In this document: positions 43,654 to 52,908 of the stretch, piece by piece | Layout of the letters: each line of letters opens with the position of its first letter | Position numbering within the stretch: position 1 is the first letter of the stretch | Origin: an uncultured Methanoregulaceae archaeon | GTDB lineage: Archaea > Halobacteriota > Methanomicrobia > Methanomicrobiales > Methanospirillaceae | Length of the DNA stretch: 64,000 nucleotides | Assembly (NCBI GenBank): GCA_963717525.1 | Contig: OY970343.1 | Span: forward strand, 1,088,001 to 1,152,000 | Reading direction: 5' to 3' | The notes under the pieces: generated by a model | Databases searched by the model: none | Told to the model about the DNA's origin: nothing | Seen by the model: the letters and a program-made list of their open reading frames with translations, nothing else | Program-made: the position numbers and the translations under genes

Positions 43654-44595
43654 TCAGGGAATCACTTGGACTGTTGTGGAAAAATCAATACTTTGATCCG
43701 GGGCATTGATCACGAGTTCATAGCAGTAGGTTCCCAGCTGTACTTCGGAGGCTACGGAAATTACGACCGGTAATTCGTAGTCCCCATAACTCCTCCCGAT
43801 GAACTGGGCCGGATCGATGGAAAATTCCGGCGAGCCGGGTTTGGATGGCTGCGGGGTATCCAGTGATGAGAAGAACATGGTCCCGCAGTCCAGTTCCTTT
43901 ACCCAGACCTGGACGGGTCCGGTTCCCCGTTCCCCGGGCCGGACCGTGATATTTCCTGTCCATTGCCCGCCACGGTGGATGATGATGTTATGTCCGCTAA
44001 TATCCCCGGTGGTGATGTAACTCTGGTATGTGGTTGGTCGGTCTCCCATTTGGACACGGATCCAATCATCAGCAATGGCATTATTCTCTCCTTCAACACC
44101 GGCATGGACATAGAAGGTCCAGGTCGCCGGTTCCGGGCTGTATCCAATAGGACTGATGTTGACCACGAGCTGCGATATTGTCTCTGTTTCCGGAAAAGCG
44201 ACGAACCGGTCGGGGATCATCCGGGCGGAGATGCCCGGAGAGGGGGTGACAGGTGTGGCATTCAAAGGATTACTCACTTCGTAGACGGTCAGGGTAACGT
44301 TGCCCGGCCCATAATCCCGGGAATAGAACGCATAGTCGAAGGTGACATTGTCCGGGCTGCTTATCCAAGTCTGGGGTCCACGGAATCCCCCGACCGGTTC
44401 GTGAAGGAGAGGAGAGGTGGAGTTCAACCGTTCAGTCAGCGTCAGTGCCGTTTTCGACAAGGAGGGTGGCGGAGATCCTTCCGGTGCTGCAGGGCTTTGG
44501 ATATAAAGGTACTGAGGAATGAACACAAGGACGATCACTACCACTATGACAATGGCGATGAAAGAGCCCAGAATCAGGGTGTACTTTTTGTGCAT
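43654..44595 (-). CDS. Membrane-anchored extracellular protein
   Basis: N-terminal TM helix; two similar beta-rich halves. Confidence 0.65.
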   Translation of the reverse strand: MHKKYTLILGSFIAIVIVVVIVLVFIPQYLYIQSPAAPEGSPPPSLSKTALTLTERLNSTSPLLHEPVGGFRGPQTWISSPDNVTFDYAFYSRDYGPGNVTLTVYEVSNPLNATPVTPSPGISARMIPDRFVAFPETETISQLVVNISPIGYSPEPATWTFYVHAGVEGENNAIADDWIRVQMGDRPTTYQSYITTGDISGHNIIIHRGGQWTGNITVRPGERGTGPVQVWVKELDCGTMFFSSLDTPQPSKPGSPEFSIDPAQFIGRSYGDYELPVVISVASEVQLGTYCYELVINAPDQSIDFSTTVQVIP

Positions 44596-44643
44596 GTCTG
44601 CATCCTGTTAAATTATATCCTGTGAATCGTATAAATCTACGGA

Positions 44644-44734
44644 AGTTCTGTTGCGTTAACGGGATTTAAAGAAATAATATCGTTGTAAATCATCAATATT
44701 CACTATTTAACCACTCCGATAACGCATCCGAACC
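44644..44734. repeat. Palindrome P12 (subfamily A, 91 bp)
   Basis: agttctgttgcgttaacgggat / ctccgataacgcatccgaacc; loop similar to P1. Confidence 0.85.
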
Positions 44735-45363
44735 ATAAAAATTATTTATGTTCCTAATTCCTGGAAATTAAGCGAAGTATTACGACTCCAACAATAGCTG
44801 TCATTGGAAACAATCAGAGAAAGAGGAGTGGTAGCGTTGCCGGTTTCATTTCCGGACAATCTGGAACCCGGATGTTTTCAAGGCTCCTTCAGAAATCATC
44901 TCCGTTTAAAATCCCGTTTATTTCCTTTTTTACGAGTAATAGGAGAGAGGAGTCTATTTCGAAGGGAAAAAATACGGTTTCATTTCCTATTTTCTTTTAA
45001 TACAAATAAATGGAAAAAGAGTACAAGAAACAGTATTACCTTCTCTTAATTTTGATTAATGGATTCTGAGCGTGAAAAATTACTTTTCCTTCTTTACACC
45101 CTTAAACGGGGTTCCATTTTCTTTCACGGCCATAAATTGCCCTGTAGTTGTGTCTCTCTTAACATATCGTTCTGTTTTAGGATTGAGAACCTGACTTCGA
45201 TCATCTACCTTTCCTATTCGAAAACCTTTACCGGTATCCTTTGCCATTTCACTTTCTCCTCAGCAACAACTCTTAACGAATTATAAGAAAATTGTTGTCA
45301 AAATCATATAACCAATTAATAAAATAAAAATATTCCCATGAATTTTAATAAAATGACAGGATT

Positions 45364-45455
45364 GGTTCTGGTACGTTGTAGTTACTCTTAAAATACTGCT
45401 CAGATACCACAACGACAAAGCCACTTTCAATGAGGCTCTTTAACGTACCAGAACC
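45364..45455. repeat. Palindrome P13 (subfamily A, 92 bp, opposite orientation)
   Basis: ggttctggtacgtt / aacgtaccagaacc perfect 14-bp IR; loop is a reverse-complement homologue of the P6 loop. Confidence 0.85.
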
Positions 45456-45619
45456 TTTCTGATACCTTGATAAAACCCCGTCTTCTTTATTATTCAAGGA
45501 GATTTTTTGCATTAGTCAGAGAATGTTGCAGTTTTCTTCGTTTTATAGCAATAAAAAGAATGACCTTGTTTGATTCTAATACGTTGCGCGTTCCTAGAAA
45601 TTAATAGCCCTGATTTATA

Positions 45620-45949
45620 TCAGTCTGATTTTTCATATTGTGGAGTTGCAACTTTTTTAGGTCTGCCGCGTTTGCGTTTTGGGCCATCGGCGGTTTTTGT
45701 CTCATTGTTTTTGACTTTGCGAGGTCTACCCCGGGGTCTCTTCTCTTTTTGTTCGATTTTCTCAGCAGGTTTTACCTTGCGCGGCCTATCCCTTTTTCGG
45801 GTCTCACCGTCGGTGGCGGATTTTAATGATTTCTCATCAGAAATTACTTTGATTTTACCATCGGAGACGAACTTTAACAAAACCTTCTCAATTTCGTTGT
45901 TAATATCACGATTCAATTTAGAAAAATCGCGTGGGGTTATTTGATACAT
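45620..45949 (-). CDS. Small AT-hook (HMGA-like) DNA-binding protein, copy 2
   Basis: 32 of 36 N-terminal residues identical to copy 1; hooks RDRP (degenerate), RGRP, RGRP. Confidence 0.8.
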   Translation of the reverse strand: MYQITPRDFSKLNRDINNEIEKVLLKFVSDGKIKVISDEKSLKSATDGETRKRDRPRKVKPAEKIEQKEKRPRGRPRKVKNNETKTADGPKRKRGRPKKVATPQYEKSD

Positions 45950-46053
45950 ACTCTGAAAAAGGCTATATTAATATAAATTATTTTGTAAATTCAGAGTGCT
46001 ACAATTAATTTCGTTTTGCTGACAGGATCTCCCCAATTATCGCTGATTATAAT

Positions 46054-46411
46054 TTATTTCCCTCTGGTCACATTGGCTACCGCACTGGAGATCCCGGCCT
46101 CAACTTGACTGAAGTTTCCCTCAGTGACATTGGCTATCGCACCAGAGATTGCGGTCTGTGCTTGGCTAATGTTCTCTCCGGTTACATTTGCAACTGCACC
46201 GGAGATTGCGGCCTGTACATAGCTGAAGTTCTCCGCCACGAGTGCATACTCCTGCGTTGTATTATGAGAAACATACGAACTTGTGGCCGATTCAACCGCT
46301 CCTACACCCATTTGGAAAACGGCAGATGGCCCGAAGAGGTACTATCGCAATAACAACTATCAAAACCACTGCAACAGCGATCCAGACGATCAATTTCACG
46401 AATATGCCCAT
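46054..46411 (-). CDS. Small membrane-anchored protein with three 19-aa repeats (1-nt insertion near 46338)
   Basis: TM helix from ATG at 46411 joins ...ENFSYVQAAISGAVANVT-type repeats x3. Confidence 0.55.
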
Positions 46412-46637
46412 TTTTTCATCCACCCATCTCCCGGCACCGGGTCTTTTGTAGACGGTTCAGAAACCCTCACAGATTGATTCTGTGGGGTTTTCTCTATGCA
46501 GATAGATAAAAGTATTGAGCGAATAAAAGAGGGCTTATTTTTGACTATCGTCTGGGTTTCGCCAGCTGGTGGCAGTGGATCACTTTCACACTGCTCATGG
46601 CCGGATCTTTATCTCCCTCATTGAGTGATCCGGTGCT

Positions 46638-47115
46638 ATGGAGAAAATCCCCGTCCGCAAATACCAGGTAGTCGAGGAAGCAGAGATAAACCTCGTCCTC
46701 CAGTGTAAGGATAGTCATGAATTTTATGAGAGATACCTCAAGGTGTTCCCTGATACCAAAAAAGGTCTCGACAGTATCTCCAAGATCTGGAAACGCAGGA
46801 GTGAATTTGCAAAGAAATGGCCACTGACCACACCTGCAGTGGAAACCGGGACAAAATCCGCACAAGATATCGCGGCTTTAATCGCCGAACAGACAAAGAT
46901 CATGGGCGAGATCTCCGCACTCGTCAAGGAGAGCCTCGAAGTCAACCGGGCAGATCCTTGCAACACTTACACAGCAGAATCAGATCTTAACTGGACATTC
47001 CGAACATACCGCTAGGGAACCGCCAAAAAAATCTTCGCATTACGCCCCTGTGGTACCTCTTCCCATGCAGAAAATAGCGTCTGAGGTACAGACTCCGATC
47101 CTGGTCGGTTCGTAA
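46638..47115 (+). CDS. Hypothetical protein (1-nt insertion near 46949)
   Basis: Removing one G of CCGGG extends the ORF as NRQILATL...PILVGS to 47115. Confidence 0.5.
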
Positions 47116-47129
47116 GTGCCTTCCCATTG

Positions 47130-47325
47130 TTAGATCTTTTTTATCTCTGTCACTTTCAGGATATCGGTTCGGGTCACAATCCCGACGATCCGGCCATCTT
47201 GAACTATCGGAATCCTCCCAATGTTTCGGGCCGACATGATCCTGAAGGCGTCCATGACCGGTGCCGATGGCGGGAGGGTGATCGGGTCGTGGGTCATGAT
47301 ATCGCGGACCTGCATCGTCTCGGCA
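47130..47325 (-). pseudogene. C-terminal CBS-domain fragment
   Basis: VRDIMT.DP...IGRIPIV..G.IVGIVTRTDI; 5' part missing. Confidence 0.65.
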
Positions 47326-47753
47326 TCTTGTTGGGTATTCCAATAATGTTGAACAATATTGCTCCAAAAGATGTTCAAAATATTCTAACGATTTATATTA
47401 CAGTCGATATTGCAATAATTGCTTCATCTTTTTCAATACTTACTATAAACCCTAAGGATATTGTCAACTCACTAAAAAAGAACCAATTGGTAAATATTGA
47501 AAGATTTAAAAACTTCATTGTTACTTCAGTGTTCATCCTATTATTATCAATATTTGATTATTTGCTTACTAATTTGAAAATGGGTAATCCATTGACTGTT
47601 ACAATTTTTGGAATTACAGTTTATGCATTTAACACAATTTTTTGGGTTATAACATTTTTTATGTTTATTTTTGTAACTAATTTAATGTTTTATACGTGGG
47701 TAATATTAGAGGAAATTTTTAAAGAAATATCGGTTCTGTCAAGTCTGCGGTAG
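47326..47753 (+). pseudogene. AT-rich membrane protein, probably 5'-truncated; stop codon lies inside P14
   Basis: Abrupt GC change near 47325; TAG at 47751-47753 is within the palindrome. Confidence 0.45.
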
Positions 47754-47811
47754 ATCGTCACTTTTCTTTGGAGTATCGAATTTCAGAAACAGCCAACAAC
47801 TTGACAGAACC
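47732..47811. repeat. Palindrome P14 (subfamily C, 80 bp)
   Basis: ggttctgtcaagt / acttgacagaacc perfect 13-bp IR. Confidence 0.9.
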
Positions 47812-47843
47812 ATAAAAACCACTTCTGTTTATGAGGAAAACGA

Positions 47844-48767
47844 TTAGCTCCTGTTCCTTCGGAAAAGAAAGATCACACCACACACAGCAAGCGCTCCGAG
47901 AACCGGCATTGCATCTAGTCTGGCATTAGGTGTAGGCGTAGCCGAAGGTATCTCTTGGTTCGTTGTCGTATAGGTAAATGATGCAACCGGTGGAGTTTGG
48001 GGAACAGCCTGCGGTGGGGATATCTCCGTGGTCGTAGCAGAAACAGGAATATTGCTTGTTGTAATAAGCCCGACCGCGCTCGTGTTGCTGCCAGCCGGGT
48101 TGGTTGCCGTGAGCGTTACCGTGTAGGTACCAGCACTCGTGTAGGTGTGGAGGGGGTTCTGGGATGTCGATGTACTCCCGTCGCCAAACGTCCAAAGCCA
48201 CGATGTCGGGGTGTTTTCAGACTCGTCTACAAACTGGACGGTCAGCGGTACCATATCGATTGGTTCGGTTGTCCTGTTTCCGTAGTAGTCAATTTCCGCA
48301 ACCGGAACGGTGTAAACCGAAGGGACTCCGGGAAAGATGAGAACTAATTGTTCCGGTGCAGTAGGGCCCGAGGGAGCGTACACATTTACGACATATTCAC
48401 CGGGTACTGCATCAGGAGTGGGGATCCGGTGCGGTTCTATCCCGAACGTTTCCCAGAGAGATGTTGTAGCATTACAGGACAAGGTATTGATCCCGTTTTC
48501 CCCGGGCTGGATGGATACGTTGTTTGACATATATCCTGACCATCCGCCACCTGGGTTAAAACTGGAACTGTAGATTTCAATACTCAGAGATTCGTTGGCC
48601 GGCAGGTTTGTCGTCCCGTTAATGAAGAATACTTCATCGATTGTGTGGTTTCCGACGGGATCGATTGTGATATAAGGGGTTATATTTTCAGCGCTTGCTA
48701 TCGGGACAATTGTCACTGTTAAAAAGAAAAGTGCAAAAAATGTGAGAAACACTATTTTTGATTTCAT
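47844..48767 (-). CDS. Surface protein: signal peptide, ITIDP/GTTN domain, PKD domain, C-terminal anchor
   Basis: Paralog of 38655-39509; W.WTFGDG..QNP.HTY..AGTYTV. Confidence 0.8.
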   Translation of the reverse strand: MKSKIVFLTFFALFFLTVTIVPIASAENITPYITIDPVGNHTIDEVFFINGTTNLPANESLSIEIYSSSFNPGGGWSGYMSNNVSIQPGENGINTLSCNATTSLWETFGIEPHRIPTPDAVPGEYVVNVYAPSGPTAPEQLVLIFPGVPSVYTVPVAEIDYYGNRTTEPIDMVPLTVQFVDESENTPTSWLWTFGDGSTSTSQNPLHTYTSAGTYTVTLTATNPAGSNTSAVGLITTSNIPVSATTTEISPPQAVPQTPPVASFTYTTTNQEIPSATPTPNARLDAMPVLGALAVCGVIFLFRRNRS

Positions 48768-48835
48768 GTCCTTCACTTTTGTTTTATATTTGAGATTATC
48801 TTCATTTCTCCTTCTCAAATAATGTTATTTAAAAT

Positions 48836-48914
48836 GATTCTATTAAGTTGTCGGCAGGTTGTCACTTTTCTTCGGAGTGTTAACTCTCAGAACTGCCGAC
48901 AACTTAACAGAACC
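48836..48914. repeat. Palindrome P15 (subfamily C, 79 bp; direct repeat of P14)
   Basis: gattctattaagttgtcggcag / ctgccgacaacttaacagaacc; loop gtcacttttctt.ggagt shared with P14. Confidence 0.9.
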
Positions 48915-48935
48915 CCGAGGAGTTATCAGCACCAA

Positions 48936-49468
48936 TCAGCCGCAATAGTGGCAATTTACTAAGCAGGAGAACTGAGCTTTTACTCCAAGCTCGCGCATCA
49001 GAGCAAATGTGTCTAAATAGGAAACTCCGACCCCGTTACAAGCATTCGGGATCGGAATTCTTCTTTTAATGTCGGAATTGTACCTTTCATCGGTTACCAC
49101 TGTAAATCCTTTAGCTAGAGCAAAAGCAATTAACCAACCATCAGCGTTGTTAGCGAATTCAGCTTTCGCGCCAGGGATATACTGAGGCTGAACTGAGCCC
49201 AACCCATAACAGTTGCGTAAGCGTCAATCACATCCTGTTGGTTCGTCGAATCGAACCATTGATGAAAATTTCCACCGATCCAAGTCGTGAGATCGTCATT
49301 ACCTCTGTCAATTTCATCCTTGACTTTGTCAATACTCCTAACCAGTCCACCCCTCGCATGCCTGATTAATGCATCCCAAAAGCCTGGGGCTATATCAAAG
49401 GCGTAATACCTCTTTGCTGATTCGATGAACACATTTGCATCGAGAATGAAAATCCTTGCAGGGCTCAT
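48936..49468 (-). CDS. PIN-domain protein (DUF4411-like), frameshifted near 49192
   Basis: ILDANVFI, FWD.L, ADGWLIAFA, VVTDE, IPNAC. Confidence 0.8.
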
Positions 49469-50670
49469 TCAGATCCGCCCATACCGAGTCTCTTTGCATA
49501 ATTTTCAAAAGTCTCCCCATAGAGCCCGGTCAGGTTATAGGCATCTCGGTACAGTAGATTTCCTTCTCTTACCGCACTTATAACTGCCATGGCGAAACGA
49601 TGCCCAATACGCAAATTCTGGTTGGCATAGAAGTCACCGCCACCTACCTGCCTGCCAGCATTATCGTGAATTTCACGCTCGTATTCTTGATAAAACCCGG
49701 CAAACTCATCATCCTTAATAAGTCCGAGGTTGAGTGTCCTGTAAGCAGCAACGAGCTTGCTTACTTTGAAATGGAGAGCGACAGACTCAAAACGCTCTGC
49801 ATCATCCTTCACCGAAGGCCAGTAGTCTCGTAGTTGTTTTGCCGGGATGAGAAATTCCGCAGCGATACGATTACTTGCCCTTTCTATTTCGTCATTGGCC
49901 GGCCGGAGTTCCTTCAAATCAAAGACAGCGCTTTTTCCAAACCATATATGGGCCAGTTCATGCGCCAAGGTAAACATCTGCGCCGCCTTTCCATCGGCAT
50001 TATTGATAAAAACGAGCGGAGCATATTCGTCTATGAGGACAAAACCTCGAAATTCAGCAACATCCAGTTTGCGATGCGGATTATTTCCAACAATACCATT
50101 TACGACCAGAAGGATGCCAGCCTCCTCTATTTTAGTCCTTAGCTCCTGCAGCGCCTTGGTCCAGTTGGGTTGTTCAGCCGCCCATCTTTCTGAAAGTCCC
50201 AGAGTACGTCTGATTTCGCTTGCGATGTGTTCCGGTTTATCACCGTGATGTACCGAACGGACAAAACTCAGTGGTTCTTCACCTTGTTCCATCAGGTATT
50301 CACGCATCCAGCCTTGACGTTTCTCCATCATTTGGATAGTCTCAATTAAGTCAGCACTGGGTTGTTGTGAGTGATTACCCAAGGTTCGGAAATGGGGGAT
50401 CGGTAATTGCTCGGACGGAGGTTCTGATAGGAAGAAAAAACCCAATGGTGTCGAAGTTGCTTTTGCAAGTTTCTCGACCTCTGGTAATGTCGGGCGGCTC
50501 TCCCCGTTAAGCCACTTTGATATTTTCGGCAGGCTATGTTGAAGGTCATCTTGCCCCCGTCCTGACCGGGCCATCGCCCAACGAAGGATAGATCCACTTA
50601 TTGGGACATGGGGCTTTGCTGAATGACCGTGGTCTTTCCAAATACTTTCGGTTTTCCCATTATCCGACAT
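49465..50670 (-). CDS. HTH + ImmA/IrrE family metallopeptidase
   Basis: N-terminal HTH, FRGF, FTLAHELAH, AAEFL.P; ATGA overlap with the PIN gene. Confidence 0.88.
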   Translation of the reverse strand: MSDNGKTESIWKDHGHSAKPHVPISGSILRWAMARSGRGQDDLQHSLPKISKWLNGESRPTLPEVEKLAKATSTPLGFFFLSEPPSEQLPIPHFRTLGNHSQQPSADLIETIQMMEKRQGWMREYLMEQGEEPLSFVRSVHHGDKPEHIASEIRRTLGLSERWAAEQPNWTKALQELRTKIEEAGILLVVNGIVGNNPHRKLDVAEFRGFVLIDEYAPLVFINNADGKAAQMFTLAHELAHIWFGKSAVFDLKELRPANDEIERASNRIAAEFLIPAKQLRDYWPSVKDDAERFESVALHFKVSKLVAAYRTLNLGLIKDDEFAGFYQEYEREIHDNAGRQVGGGDFYANQNLRIGHRFAMAVISAVREGNLLYRDAYNLTGLYGETFENYAKRLGMGGSE

Positions 50671-50756
50671 GTTACGAATCCTAAATTGTGTCTATGCAGT
50701 TATCTATTATTAATTCGACCTTCATATCTTAAGAAGTCTAGTCGGTACCATTTCGT

Positions 50757-50954
50757 TTGCTTTGCAAATTCCTCCGAAGTGATGTATCCGCAACTATAGA
50801 TGGAACAGGACGATACGGCGATCTCCCGGTTACAGACAAAGCAAAGGAGATTCTCGCGAAATACGAAACGGTCATCCAGCCGACTCCCGAAGTGCTGGAG
50901 CTCATGGAGAAAGTGTACAGGCCATATGTTGCTATTCTGCATACCACGTGCTGA
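50757..50954 (+). pseudogene. C-terminal fragment of an Mth938-like (DUF498) protein
   Basis: GTG.YG.L.V...PT.E....AILHTTC. Confidence 0.5.
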
Positions 50955-51019
50955 AAATACGGTTGCGGCTATGTATTCTCCTGCCTAGACAATTTCGATC
51001 CCCCTCATTTTTAGAGAAC

Positions 51020-51097
51020 GGCACTGTTGCATCTACGGTTGGTGACCCCTTTTTCACCTCGTTAAATTATTTAATCAACCACTAACGCCTCAACACT
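51020..51097. repeat. Palindrome P16 (subfamily B, 78 bp)
   Basis: Starts GGCACTGTTGCA; loop ttttcacctcgttaaatt. Confidence 0.8.
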
Positions 51098-51176
51098 TGG
51101 TGTTTTTTATTGCAAATAAAAGGAAAAGTGTCCAAGATGATTTTTTAATTTAATTAGAATTAAAATTGTCCTAGCT

Positions 51177-51248
51177 GGTTCGGCTGCGTCAGAGAGACTG
51201 GGTTACGACGATATTATTTTTGTTAAGTCCCGTTACCGCAACAGCACC
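51177..51248. repeat. Palindrome P17 (subfamily A, 72 bp, opposite orientation)
   Basis: Rev-comp ggtgctgttgcggtaacgggacttaacaaaaataatatcgtcgt is nearly identical to the left half of P1. Confidence 0.85.
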
Positions 51249-51262
51249 GATTCACCCTATCT

Positions 51263-51964
51263 TCAAGCTGTTTTGCGAAGGAGTTCTTCGATAAGTTCGA
51301 GCTGGATATTCTGGATTTCCAGGAGGTTATGTCCCTGGTTCGTCATGAGATAATCAATTTTCTTATGGAGCCGGTGAATTTCGGAGTCCGTATGGATACT
51401 TACCTGGAAATCACGTTCTGCATGGAGACGGTCTCTTACCTCCTGGCGGTTCTGGCTCATGATAATGATGGGAGCCTGAACCGCAGCAATTATTGAGAGG
51501 ACGAGGTTAAGCAAGATATAGGGATAGGGATCGTAGGGTCTGGATACTAAAATAAAGGAGTTCAGGAATACCCAAAGGAAAAGCAGGCCGGTAAAAACCC
51601 CGAGAAAAATCCAGCTCCCGGCAAAATCTGCGAATGTGTCAGAAAGGCGTTCGCCAAAGGTCATCCCCTTTTCATATTCGACATTTTCATTTTTCGGGAG
51701 ATGATCCTCCACCTTCATGTCATTATTGACGGTTCCTTGGAGCAAGGCATACGCATTTTTTTCCTTCTCTACTTCATCCCGAACATACTGTATCCTGAAC
51801 CGGTTAAGATCAGTCTGACAGATGTATCCTTCAGATGACCACGCCGGATATTCCTTTGTGATAATATCAACAATCGATGCTGGAACCAGTTCTGCGGGAA
51901 TAAGGTCATTTTTCGTCTTTTGTCCCCTGCAAATCTGGCAGGGAAATGTCTCCTGATCCACCAT
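51263..51964 (-). CDS. DUF1003 domain membrane protein
   Basis: GERLSD..A.FAGSW, DPYPYILLNL.LS..AA.QAPII.MSQNRQ..RDR. Confidence 0.88.
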   Translation of the reverse strand: MVDQETFPCQICRGQKTKNDLIPAELVPASIVDIITKEYPAWSSEGYICQTDLNRFRIQYVRDEVEKEKNAYALLQGTVNNDMKVEDHLPKNENVEYEKGMTFGERLSDTFADFAGSWIFLGVFTGLLFLWVFLNSFILVSRPYDPYPYILLNLVLSIIAAVQAPIIIMSQNRQEVRDRLHAERDFQVSIHTDSEIHRLHKKIDYLMTNQGHNLLEIQNIQLELIEELLRKTA

Positions 51965-52022
51965 TTTATTTTTCCTCTTATCCTTTCAATGGATCTTCGG
52001 GTTCTAATTACTTATCTGGATT

Positions 52023-52118
52023 AATTCTGTTGCGTTGTCGCGCTCTGCTACCTTGTTATGGGATCGTCAACTTTCCCTCTCATGAAAATATACGATCCCT
52101 CAACAAGTTAACAGAACC
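52023..52118. repeat. Palindrome P18 (78-bp subfamily C at 52041-52118) abutting a truncated subfamily A arm (52023-52040)
   Basis: cgctctgctaccttgttatgggatcgt / acgatccctcaacaagttaacagaacc; preceded by aattctgttgcgttgtcg. Confidence 0.8.
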
Positions 52119-52147
52119 TCATTTAATAATAATTAACCGAAAATTCA

Positions 52148-52225
52148 GGTTCTGTTATGTTTGCGGGTGATATGTAAATTTATCTGAGGTAGAAAACCAC
52201 TACCAACCGCAGACACAACAGAACC
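52148..52225. repeat. Palindrome P19 (subfamily B, 78 bp, opposite orientation)
   Basis: ggttctgttatgtttgcgg / ccgcagacacaacagaacc. Confidence 0.9.
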
Positions 52226-52277
52226 CCCATTTTCTTGGACAGAAATGACAGGAAAAACAATTTCACTCGTAATAAGG

Positions 52278-52667
52278 TTACACGGTAGAGGATCCCAGGA
52301 TGTGAGGTAGAAGCACGGTTGTGTTATTGAGGACAACAATGGTATACATGATAATTAATGATGCGTAAAGCACCATGCCCGATCCCTTTACCCGGGCCTC
52401 TGCATTGAGAGCGACGGGGATGACACAGATGATAATTCCTATTTTAAGGAGGATATGCAGAAACGGCATGGTGACAACACCAGCCATCATCGGGTTGAGC
52501 TCGGTCCCCCCCATATTGAGAATGAGCTGAGTGGTAAAGATATCAAGAAGGAAAAGATCCGCAAGGATCAGTGAGAGAAGGATGATCCAAACGAAGACCC
52601 CTGTACCGGGACCGACGTTTTTCGGGAAGAGAAGATTTACCGACCGGGCGGTTCCTTCTAAAGCCAT
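52278..52667 (-). CDS. DUF5658-like membrane protein
   Basis: LDIFTT..IL..GG.ELNP.M, LLK, VV.NN. Confidence 0.7.
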   Translation of the reverse strand: MALEGTARSVNLLFPKNVGPGTGVFVWIILLSLILADLFLLDIFTTQLILNMGGTELNPMMAGVVTMPFLHILLKIGIIICVIPVALNAEARVKGSGMVLYASLIIMYTIVVLNNTTVLLPHILGSSTV

Positions 52668-52908
52668 ATTCTCCAGTAATCGTTTTTTATTTAAATAATT
52701 TTCTCAAACGATATAATCGATATTAACAGTTTTTACAGGAAATACTTACCATTTTAAGCGTATTTTGTGGAATTTTAGGACAGTTGTTTTGATTGAAATT
52801 ATTGATTTATTAAATAAAATACATTAATTTTCTTGCTTTATCTCCCAGATATCTCCCACATTTTAAGATTTTTATCAGATTATTTGACCGAAGATAATTG
52901 GTTTAAAA

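Noticed and set aside
45993..46009. agagtgctacaattaat resembles the IS481 right end
   Set aside because: 16 of 17 match, but no TGT terminus, partner end or transposase remnant; cannot be separated from chance.
37515..48767. Diversity-generating retroelement acting on the surface proteins
   Set aside because: No reverse transcriptase and no template/variable repeat pair differing only at adenines.
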